A DNA stretch of 64,000 bases, from NCBI RefSeq assembly GCF_006345805.1, contig NC_042997.1:93000001-93064000 (forward strand), in the 5' to 3' direction. Within the stretch, counting starts at the first letter, position 1; every line of letters starts with the position of its first letter. The notes under the pieces were generated by a model, which did no database searches, was not told where the DNA came from, and saw nothing but the letters and a program-made list of their open reading frames with translations. This DNA comes from Octopus sinensis (lineage: Eukaryota). Positions 53,476-64,000 of the stretch are shown here, piece after piece. A program made the translations under genes and the position numbers.

Positions 53476-55868
53476 CACTGTTGTACAATGTGGAAATGAA
53501 GAATTCATTGAAACGTTTTATACGGTTCCAAGTACAGACTCAATCAAGTAAATGATGATTGTCTACTTATAGGTGATTCTGAAGTATTTTTTAATGCTGA
53601 TTTCAAATATGTTTTTAGATTTAGCTTATCATGTGCAGATTTTGCATAGGTGGCTGCCAAAGTTAAAACGACTTTTCTTGTTATTCATTCCCTTTTGTGG
53701 CAGATTTTTAGATTAAAGTATGATGAAATTAAGAACAAATGACTAGAGCAATAATTAAAAAAAGATGTGAAAGATGTGTATAAGCTTACTTATTGACGAA
53801 ATTTATATTTTTAATGCACTTACCATGGCTTTAAAGTAATTGTACTCTTTCCAAACTTCCTGTTCTTTGATTTCCTTCCAGCTTCTGGTAGTTGCTTGCA
53901 GTCTCTGTAGAGTCCAGCAGTATTCTGCCGTCATGTTTACATTCCACCTCTCCCAGTACCTCCGTACCATTTCTTTAATGTCTTGGTGAAATCTTCTCAC
54001 CCTGCTCTTCACTTAGATTGCCAATGTTCTCCCGGAAATAGTCAAAGTGTGAGTGAAGAAAGGAAGTTCATTTTAACATTCATGTTGCACCCAAATTTTT
54101 GAAGTTTTGCAATACGGTATTAACTAGGATTTTGTAATTTGAACACTTATTGTATCCCCAAAAGTTCTCGACAACACATTTGAAGCTCACCCATGCCTGT
54201 TTTTGAGTCATTCATGGATTTTTCATAATTTGGGTCTTTTTTTAGTTTACGACTGTCAGGGCCATCAAATATTCCTGCTTTAATTTTCTCACTGGTTATG
54301 TTTAGGAATATTTTTGAGAGATACTGCAAACATGATCCATATACAGGCAAAGATTTAACGAACTGTTTCATCAAACCCGTTTAATGTGCAAAGGTTATAT
54401 AAGTACTTTTGTAGATTCAATCAAAGGCTCGTGCAGAATGTTTTTGGATCCGGGTAATAAACTTATTTGGGGCCAGTTTTTAACCATCCAGAGCCTTTCT
54501 TTAGCTCTACTGTCACATTCACATCAGAAGCATGGCACTTTTGTATTGCCTGTCAGCCGGCGTAAATGCATGCCTTTGATTTTGAAATTTCTACACACTT
54601 GCCAGTATTATTCTGATTATTTATATTTAACAAAAGTTTTTTTTTTTACATTTTCATACGTCTTCTTTAGTTGTACAGAATGTGCCACTGGAATGGATGA
54701 ATACTTATTACCATTATGTAGCGCGACAGCTTTCAAACTCTTTTTGGAGGAATAAATAAATAGTTTCCATTCTGAGAGATTGCTCTCGATTTCCAAATAT
54801 TTTAGCAGCAAAATACCATTGATTCATACTCAGCAAAGAATGGCAACAACTCGTATTCCCCGTGACGATACCACGTGAAGAAGGTTCCCGGCAATGAAAC
54901 CTTTTTCATTTTCAGCCTAGAAACAAGAAGTTCCGCTGCATCCATTGGTAGGTTCAAATCTCTCACCAAATCATTGAGCTTTTCCTGTGTAAATAACTGC
55001 GGGCTTTTGATTTCATCAGGAGTGTAATCATTACCCTCTTCTTCACATTTGTCTTCTTCATTACTATCGGATGTAACATTCTCCGAAACAAGTGGTGGGA
55101 AAGGAACTGGAATGTCAACCCCATGTGCAATAGTCTCTATAGCCGAGGGGATACTATGATACACTATCTTATGTTTATCTTTTTGCACTGTACTCATCAA
55201 CTTTAGTAATGCAGAAATAATAATCGTCAGCGTGGATACTCGGCTCTTGCCACACCATTAGTATTCCAAAGGGCATTTATTTTCTCTTATCGGTTTTGCA
55301 GAGTCTCAGCCCCTCACACAAGTGCGATATACTTTGTCTGGAACCCAAGGTTTGTCTTCACTGAGTTTAACACCAAAATAAACAAAGTATAAATTTTTTA
55401 CAAGATCAGTTATATTTTGTCTCTGCTTAATGGCAACATATCTGCCACAAATGTAGCAGAATATGTCTGGACTGTTCACGCAGTTACGTCTATATGCATT
55501 CATTTTAAATGGAGTTTATACGTAAATATCCTCAACGACTAAACAACAGTAAAGCATCAGTTAGCAATCGTGTATACAGCTTTTCATGGTCACGTTGTCT
55601 GTCAGAGTTGCCACAACTGTTTAATAAACTTTATATTGGCTGCTAGTTTACCTTCACTGATATTAGGTCAGCATTTTTTTATAGCAGCCTATTTTGTTGA
55701 GCAAAATAAATCAGATAATCATTATCATCAGATTCTCTGATACCATGTTATAAAAAAAAGTTTTATTACAGAAAAACTAGGTGTGACGGAGAGGTCATCT
55801 TGAACAATTGCTTTAAAAAGTTATGTAGACATTTAAACTGTAAATCACGAAGACTTGTGTAATCAGTC
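53476..55868 (-). mobile_element. Decayed DNA transposon, Chapaev3/CMC-like
   Basis: Frameshifted transposase at about 53820-55503: NCVNSPDIFCYICG, KPWVP, LNDLVRDLNL, LHNGNKYSSIPVAHS, MKQFVKSL, IFDGP, RFHQDIKEM..RY..RW....AEYCW; termini (CACTG at 53476, cagtc at 55864) are tentative. Confidence 0.7.
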
Positions 55869-56131
55869 TATATTGCTGAGATAGGCGACAGACTTAATGT
55901 GTTACCTGGTTTAATAACGCCACCTGGAACCTTGGGTGCCTTTAGTGGAATCCACTCTGTTGCAAACATTCACCTCTCCCCTGATCCTGACCTCCGATTT
56001 GAGGACATTTTCCTCTCCCCCATTAATCTCTCGAATGCCCTGTGAAAAGCACTAACTAATTAATAAACGTTGTCTTTTTTAACGATACACAAACATATAT
56101 ACTTTCTCGCTTCGTCTCCTCAGTCTCTGTC

Positions 56132-56215
<84 letters not shown>

Positions 56216-57754
56216 TGTGTGTGTATACATATACACACAAACTCACTTATTTAGTTCTTATTTAAGGAAAAATAGTCACTGCCTTCCCTCCAGACTAAAA
56301 GCTTAAACTAAAACATCTACTAAATTATCTAGCTCGGATTCATGTAGCCGTCATACGTTTCAAACAAGAAACTAGTGACTGACATTTAAACCACATAAAA
56401 GTTTTTGGGTATTCATATTTTGACGGAAATTCTATATTCCAAAATCTTTGACCTTTAACTTAAACGAAAATTTCAGACAGCAAAATTATATGCAAAACTC
56501 ATATATGGAATGAAAATTTTTCTACAATATATATCCAACTGAATTAAAATTGGAACGAACATTTTCCCATCATATCATTTATCAGCCATTCGAATTAATT
56601 TGTAAGTTCAAAACATAGTTTACAGTAAAACTAAACAAAGAAAGACACATGTCCAAACACCAGTGTCCCAGAATGTCTTGCGCCAATGAGACGAGAGTGT
56701 TGAGCATACTGTTGTCTAAAAAATAGCACCCAGCATATTTTGTGTCTGAACCTGCCTAGACGTATTAAAAATAAATATGCAAATATTCCTTCTTGAAGAT
56801 AAAGAAGTCATTATTTTAATTTTTTCTAGTTCCTGTTTGCCCGGGATAAGTAGAAGTTACGAGAAATGAATAAGACAATTGAGAGTAAGTTCAGTGGTTG
56901 AGAATTCAAATCTGCTGCAGGCACTTCGTTATGTCTGCTTTACATGTCTAAGTGTTCGATTCCCTACTTAAATAAATATTAACACCCTTGTAATAGATAG
57001 TACCCTGTCAAAGATGAAATGTTCCTCCCATCACTTAACGCTTTTGTAGCCAAAGTTAATAATTTATTTCGATTTTAATATGAGTTACTTAGTGATAAAA
57101 CTGTTAGCACTTATGGAAAGCATATCTGGCATTAACACCTTATACTACAGCATTAACCTTGTCTGAAATTCTAGAGTCCCTTCTGAATCGTTTGACAGCC
57201 ATGCAACTCACAATCGCCTCTATTGACAGTCTCACAATCGCCTCGCAGTTTGACAGTCTCACAATAGCCTCTATTGATGTTCATATGAAGAGGGTAGACA
57301 TCCAACAGGACGTCTTTTGCTTTGATGCCTGCAATGTTTCTCACTGCTAGTAAAACACCAAATATATTTAGTATCCTTTCAAGTCTACAGTTTTGAAAAC
57401 AGCATGTCTGAACAGCAGATAGATTTCACTTTTGAGAGTATGTTCAAACTTGCAGTTGATTTGATACAAGAAACGAATCGTTGAACATTGTACTCCTATC
57501 TAATTTCCAACTAGCTCATACCTCACTTCAGATACACTGTTTTCAAAACTTTGAATCTGCTCTTTTATGTTGATTATATTAAGTATTTTCCAGCATTCGA
57601 CTACACTAGTTAATTTCAAACAGTCACCAACGTTGCCGTTGCTTTCATTCCTGTTACTGTCGCTGTTTTTCTTGAAGTAACTCACGTAATTTATACCGCT
57701 ACCGCTGCTCTCAGTGTGGCTTTAATTGCTGCTGCGCTTTTACTTTATAGTATA

Positions 57755-58112
57755 CCAGCACTATGACCCGGCAACGCCGGGTCATAGTGCTAGTGCATGC
57801 ATATACAGCTGCGTGCGCACATACACGCGAGTACTGTCCAAATCTCCGACCAATCACATACAGCTAGCAGGCATTCAATTGGCGTATCAAGTTTCGGGCA
57901 GTTTGATTGAGTTTTGGATAGAAAATTCACAAAAAAATCACTTCTATTGATTTTTTAATGGCTTTGCGGGGTGACTGAGGAAATGTAAAGACGTGCACGA
58001 CAACCCTTGGATGGTTTTGAATGACCATAGAAAGTGCGAGCCCTCTAACTGAAAGAGTGTGGATTTGTATAAAGGACACAGACGCAGACATTTTGCCGTT
58101 TATATATATAGA
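57755..58112 (-). mobile_element. Non-autonomous Helitron-like element (related family)
   Basis: 5' TCTATATATATAAACGGC shared with the copies at 14077 and 39361; 3' hairpin gcactatgacccgg-caacg-ccgggtcatagtgc ending CTGG|T. Confidence 0.65.
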
Positions 58113-58988
58113 AATGAATATCGATGCAATCTCTCTTACATCTCTAACTCTTACATTTAAAACCTATACTAGAGGAAGTGATAGTATTATAGTACCCCTG
58201 GTGTTGTTTTTACTATTGCAGCTTTGTCACTGATGACCTTCTCACTTACACAAAGTGATCCGGCATCAGTTGATCTATTTCTATCACAGCTCTCTTCACC
58301 TTTTATTACATCTCTCATAGCAGAGCTGATGCGAATACTGCTGCCTTTAGTTTTTTCCGCTAGCCATGCAATTAACATAAACTTCTCTTTTAAATATCAC
58401 TGTAAACCTTTTCTCATCTGAAATTCAAATTTAGCTCTCTCACCAACATATCTCTCACCAACAATTTAGCTCTCTCACCAAGTTGAAGCACCAAATCAGT
58501 ACGGTATTATCCGTACAACTCAAAGGAATGTGAATAAAATCAAAATAAGCAACAGGATATCAAGAGGTGATGCAGTATGACTGTTTCAAGCAGCTCCATT
58601 TAATTGAACAATGCAATCATTACATCAATTTAAATGCAGGGCTATCCTCAGCTGCATAAATAAATAAATAGAATTTTTAATCAGTCGAACATATCAATAT
58701 AATTTTCCCTCAAATACTCTAATAGAGCAAGAAGATGGAAAGAATCCATGTTGCTACTAATGTAGCTAAGAATATACTACACTCCTAAGAAATGTATGAA
58801 GTTTGTTGTGGTCAAAGATGATAAAAGATTGTGGTTCATTTTTAATTTATTAGTCTTTTTATCAACTACTAAATCTAAGATTAGAGGATTGTGTCTATTT
58901 AGAATGGTGGACAGGAGTGAGTTAACAGCACATAGCTGGGTATGGTCATAAATGTTGTCAAGATTTTAGGAGTGGTATAAAGTAACTG

Positions 58989-59051
<63 letters not shown>

Positions 59052-59054
<3 letters not shown>

Positions 59055-59214
59055 CGCAGGTGTGACTGTGTGGTAAGAAATTTGCCTCCCAACCACATGC
59101 TTCCGGGTTCAGTCCCACTGCGTGCCACCTTGGGCAAGTGTCTTCTACTATAGCCTCGGGCCGCTCAAAGATTTGTGAGTGGATTTGGTAGACGGAAACT
59201 GAAAGATGCCCGTC

Positions 59215-59263
<49 letters not shown>

Positions 59264-59805
59264 ATATGTATGTATGTATGTATGTGTGTGTGTATGTGTG
59301 TGTGTGTGTATATGTATATATATGTGTGTGTGTGTGTGTGTCTGTGTCTGTGTCTGTGTGCCTGTATCGTCTCCGCACCATTGCTTGGCTTGACAACCGT
59401 AACCTAGCGGTTCTGCAAAAGAGATTGATAGAGTAAGTATCTGGCGTTTGTTACTTGATTGGTATATATTTTTTCAACCCAGGAGAAATGAAAAGCAAGG
59501 CCATCCTTGGAGGTGTAAACGGCCGTGGTTAAAAACCGCAAGTCATTCTGCCCACAGTTCTAATAATTCCAGCAACCTAAATAAGAATAGAATGTGGTAA
59601 GCAAAATGAGTAATTTTTTATTCCTCGTTATTTTCTCCCTAAGGCGCAGGAGTGGCTGTGTGGTATGTAGCTTGCTTACCAACCACATGGTTCCGGGTTC
59701 AGTCCCTCTGCGTGGCACTTTGGGCAAGTGTCTTCTATGTATAGCCTCGGGCCGACCAAAGCCTTGTGAGTGGATTTGGTAGACGGAAACTGAAAGGACC
59801 CAGTC

Positions 59806-59849
<44 letters not shown>

Positions 59850-60355
59850 TGTGTGTGTGTGTGTGTGTGTGGTGTGTGTGTGTGTGGTGTGTCTGTGTCT
59901 GTGTCTGTGTGCCTGTATCGTCTCCGCACCATTGCTTGGCTTGACAACCGTAACCTAGCGGTTCTGCAAAAGAGATTGATAGAGTAAGTATCTGGCGTTT
60001 GTTACTTGATGGTATATATTTTTTCAACCCAGGAGAAATGAAAAGCAAGGCCATCCTTGGAGGTGTAAACGGCCGTGGTTAAAAACCGCAAGTCATTCTG
60101 CCCACAGTTCTAATAATTCCAGCAACCTAAATAAGAATAGAATGTGGTAAGCAAAATGAGTAATTTTTTATTCCTCGTTATTTTCTCCCTAAGGCGCAGG
60201 AGTGGCTGTGTGGTATGTAGCTTGCTTACCAACCACATGGTTCCGGGTTCAGTCCCTCTGCGTGGCACTTTGGGCAAGTGTCTTCTATGTATAGCCTCGG
60301 GCCGACCAAAGCCTTGTGAGTGGATTTGGTAGACGGAAACTGAAAGGACCCAGTC

Positions 60356-60411
<56 letters not shown>

Positions 60412-60419
60412 ATGTGTGT

Positions 60420-60451
<32 letters not shown>

Positions 60452-60665
60452 CTGTGTTTGTGTGTCTGTGTTTGTCCCCCCAACATCGCTTGACTACCGA
60501 TGCTGGTGTGTTTAAGTACCAGTAACTTAGCGGTTCGGCAAAAGAAATCGATAGAATAAGTACTAGGCTTACAAAGAATAAGTCCTGGGGTCGATTTGCT
60601 CGACTAAAGGCGGTGCTCCAGCATGGCTGCAGTCAAATGAGTGAAACAAGTAAAAGAGTAAAAAG
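59052..60665 (+). repeat. Near-identical ~550-bp tandem duplication built from SINE A halves plus a ~250-nt spacer
   Basis: cctgtatcgtctcc at 59361 and 59912; aaggcgcaggag at 59641 and 60191. Confidence 0.9.
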
Positions 60666-60965
60666 AGTAACCGTTTGAAACCATTACACTGCAAGTATTG
60701 CATCATTACTTTTGTACTGTTGCATCATGTTTGGGAGTAAAAATTGGTCAGCATAGTTATGGTTGAAAACGAGAGAGTTTGAAACATAGTCAGCTGGCAG
60801 CTACATTTTTTTCAAGAAATTTTTTCTGAACTTTGACCCTATTGTAATTGTGGCTAATAAAATATGTGGATAATATTTGGTGTTTAACAATCGAAATTCT
60901 TTTCTCTGTTCTATTCCATGTCAAATTTTTCCCACTAATAATGTCTAATTTGTTAATTTTCAATT

Positions 60966-61416
60966 GGATCTTTTCGGTTTGAACGGCAGTTTTTAACATA
61001 ATTTCTAGGTAACTAAAAAATTTTAAACTTAGTATACTGGTAGAATGTGTTTATAAAACATCTTTTTCTCTTGGCTTTATTGAGAAAATTCTATAGTTTG
61101 TAAGATATTTGTTGTTTTTTTCTTCAATTTCTGCAATTTCACCAATCAGTGACGTCCATTGAGGTCAAAAACATTCTGTGCCGCATGAATATGTCCCTCG
61201 TTTAAGAAACAGATTGGGTTTATTTACATTTGTGAAGAAAAAAAGGTACCCTTACCACACCCCTAACCCTAACCTTAACCCTAATTGTAACTAACCGTAA
61301 CCAACCCTAACCCTAAAACAGATTGAAATGCAATAGCTCGATACTAGGGTCATAATTATGGGTGACAATTTCATATGACACCGCTAGAAAAACTATCGTT
61401 CAAACCGAAAAGATCC
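60966..61416. mobile_element. MITE with GG termini and 8-bp TSD (Merlin-like) carrying telomere-like (CCTAAC)n
   Basis: TTTCAATT|GGATCTTTTCGGTTTGAACG ... CGTTCAAACCGAAAAGATCC|TTTCAATT; degenerate ccctaa repeats at 61261-61315. Confidence 0.85.
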
Positions 61417-61812
61417 TTTCAATTTTCCAAAAATGATATCTAAAGTGGGGGAAAATGTGTAATGACTAATTTCAATAATTTCTTCCCTTTAACTACATGG
61501 GAGAGCCACTACAGCAGAACATGAAGAAGCTATAGAGATTATTTTTTAGATTTAGTCGAGTTTCATTAATTGCATATCATGTGTCACTTTTCAATGATCC
61601 ACTTACATTTGACCAACACATTAAAAATTTTTGCTGCATTTCTGATCTTTCAATTTGTCAAATGCTGAATCATTAACAATGTTTGACTCACGATGTTTTC
61701 TTTCAAACCGTATCATACTTCCCTTGAGTGCATGTATACGCACGAGTGTATGTTAACTGAAGCATTCAATCTCGTTTGAACTCGGATGATTCAATTAGTG
61801 TTTGTCGAAAAA

Positions 61813-62104
61813 CAGTATTTCTCAACCATTTGTTTCTTTTATGTATGGACCCCTTTCGATTCCTATTTTACTCAGATGTACCCTCGATATTTCTTTAAAA
61901 ATCATATTTTTATAAATAAATATCATTAGGAATTGTATTAAAAAAATGAAAAAATATTTTGCGTATTTTAGTATTATAACAAATTTATATTGCCGATAAA
62001 TTTTAACAACAAAATCATATATGGACCCCCACAAGGACCATATGGATTCCTAAGGGCCATATGGACCCCCAAGAGCTATATTGACCCCGGTTGAGAACCA
62101 CTTG
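61813..62104. mobile_element. hAT (Charlie-like) MITE
   Basis: cagtatttctcaacc ... ggttgagaaccact; flanks gtcgaaaa/gtctaaaa; related end at about 8953-9000. Confidence 0.55.
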
Positions 62105-62761
62105 TCTAAAATACAATTTTTCATTTAAGATAATACTTTGAATAAAATGTATTTTTCAGATTTGAGCTTACTCAGTTCGTATCACGCTCCAGTGTTACAT
62201 TGCCGGTCAATAAAATAATCTGATAGTAAGTAAAATAATCTAACAGATGATAGAGGGAGGGTGAAGTTCAGAGCTTTAAATAAACTGAAAACTATATTTG
62301 AGAGTATGTCAGAATGGGGATATCAGTTTGATATTAGCTTTCGCACGCGTGGACAGGTAGACAGTAATTTAAGCTTACTTGTTGCATTGTAATAAAGACA
62401 AAAAACGAGACAATGGGGTGGGGGAGAAAAGAAAATAGGCTACATGGATGACTTGCTAGAAATAGCAACCACATCTTCCTCGAAACACATTCTATAGTCA
62501 TAAAAAGGAACGGATGAACACAGCAGAATAATTTTGACCATAGTCCTCTCCACCATTTGATAACCGCTGTCGGTTTGTTTACGTCCTCATAACTTAGCAG
62601 TTCGGTAAAAGTGACTGATAAAGGAAATACCAAAATTTAAAAAGAAAAATTGTGTACTGAGGCAGATTTGTTCGACTACAAACTCTTCAAGGCGGTGCCC
62701 CAGCATGGCCGCAAGTCAATGATTGAAACAAGTAAAAGATAAAAGAGAAAAATAGACAGAC

Positions 62762-62819
<58 letters not shown>

Positions 62820-63054
62820 GAGGTAGATGATTAAGGGACCTGTGGTTTTCATGCAGAATTAACCGAAGATGGACTTCCTGAGGTTCTTTCTAGGTTGGTA
62901 CAAGGACTTATTAATTACTTGTAGGGACACCGTATTTTGTTATACAACCATAATATACAAACTACAAAGTATATTAATCGCTTTATAAGTCATTTCTGTG
63001 TCCTACCGTGTTAGCAGTGCTATTAAATCATTTTCAAGGTTATCTCTTTTAATC

Positions 63055-63385
63055 TTTTACTCTTTTACTTGTTTCAGTCATTTGACTGTGGCCATGCTGG
63101 AGCACCGCCTTTAGTCGAGCAAATCGACCTCAGGACTTATTCAGTTTTTGCTGAACCGCTAAGTAAACACACCAGCATCGGTTGTCAAACGATGTTGGGG
63201 GGACAAGCACAGACACACAGTCATATATACACACACATATATGTATATATACATATATACGACGGGCTTCTTTCAGTTTCCGTCTACCAAATCCACTCAC
63301 AAGGCTTTGGTCGGCCCGAGGCTATAGTAGAAGACATTTGCCCAAGGTGCCACGTAGTGGGACTGAACCCGGAACTATGTGGATC
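63055..63385 (-). mobile_element. SINE family A copy
   Basis: Reverse-complement consensus, near full length. Confidence 0.8.
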
Positions 63386-64000
63386 GTATAGTTGGCACTG
63401 ATTTGTTACGACGTTTTATGTCACATTGTTTATGTTAGACGTATTCGGATACGAAATTTCGTAACAAACCAGTCCCGACAATAATTTCTATAAAAAATGT
63501 GTAGAGATAAGCGCAAAAAGCAAGAACTTATATTTTATGATATAATGGATTATTGTTATACATATACTGTTCCTAAAGGTATAAATAGTGTGAGAAGAAA
63601 TGACTTCAACCAGGCGCTGAAATCACGTCGTAATCTCGACAGGACGAGAACACTGCTTCTTCCCATATAAAACACCATTGCTTATACAATGGTACAAAGT
63701 ATGTATGATTACACATTGAAAGGTTGAAAAAGAACTCTGGCCCGTTATTCAGTTCTAGTAGAACGAAATGACCTGACAAGATGTATATTATAGATTTCCT
63801 TTCGGTACTATCTGTCAGGTTAACTCAACACACGTAATGTTTTCATTACATGCTGTACCAATGATCCATTGCAGACATAATTTGTTTTACTACAATGTCA
63901 GTCGCATTAAACATTTTTTTGCCTTCTTTGATTTTTCTGTTCTATACCTATCCCTTTTCATTTCTTTCTTTTCTCTCCTGTCTTTCTGTCTGCTCTCTTT

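Noticed and set aside
56545-56558. U6 snRNA-like 14-mer TAAAATTGGAACGA
   Set aside because: The match does not extend to ACAGAGAAG or the 5' stem; plausible by chance in AT-rich DNA
56881-56970. A-box- and B-box-like motifs about 55 nt apart
   Set aside because: No acceptor or anticodon stems can be formed
57160-58420. Short minus-strand ORFs flanking the Helitron
   Set aside because: Rejoining across the insertion gives no continuous frame and no recognisable domain

Overview
AT-rich, repeat-saturated eukaryotic DNA, most likely from an octopus (inferred from the dominant tRNA-derived SINE families and the very dense TA/TG/CT/TATC/TATG/TAA microsatellites). No host protein-coding gene can be reconstructed; almost all supplied ORFs are microsatellite or SINE read-throughs. 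Supported content: three intact tRNA genes (Ser-GCT, Cys-GCA, Thr-TGT) plus decayed tRNA relics. Retroelements: a 5'-truncated R4/Dong-type retrotransposon embedded in (TAA)n with a duplicated 3' end, a solo LTR with a 4-bp TSD, and decayed Gypsy and RTE fragments. DNA transposons: an intron-containing Tc1 relic, a Chapaev3/CMC-like transposase relic, a Merlin/IS1595-like transposase fragment, an internally deleted mariner, several MITEs with clean TSDs and three non-autonomous Helitrons. The most unusual signals are (i) minimal type-I hammerhead ribozyme motifs from three unrelated Penelope-like contexts, including a divergent twin-hammerhead palindrome at 46669-46848, and (ii) young SINE copies that repeatedly sit in register at the same internal site of older copies of their own family. 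All family assignments come from visual motif recognition, not database searches. SINE boundaries are approximate.
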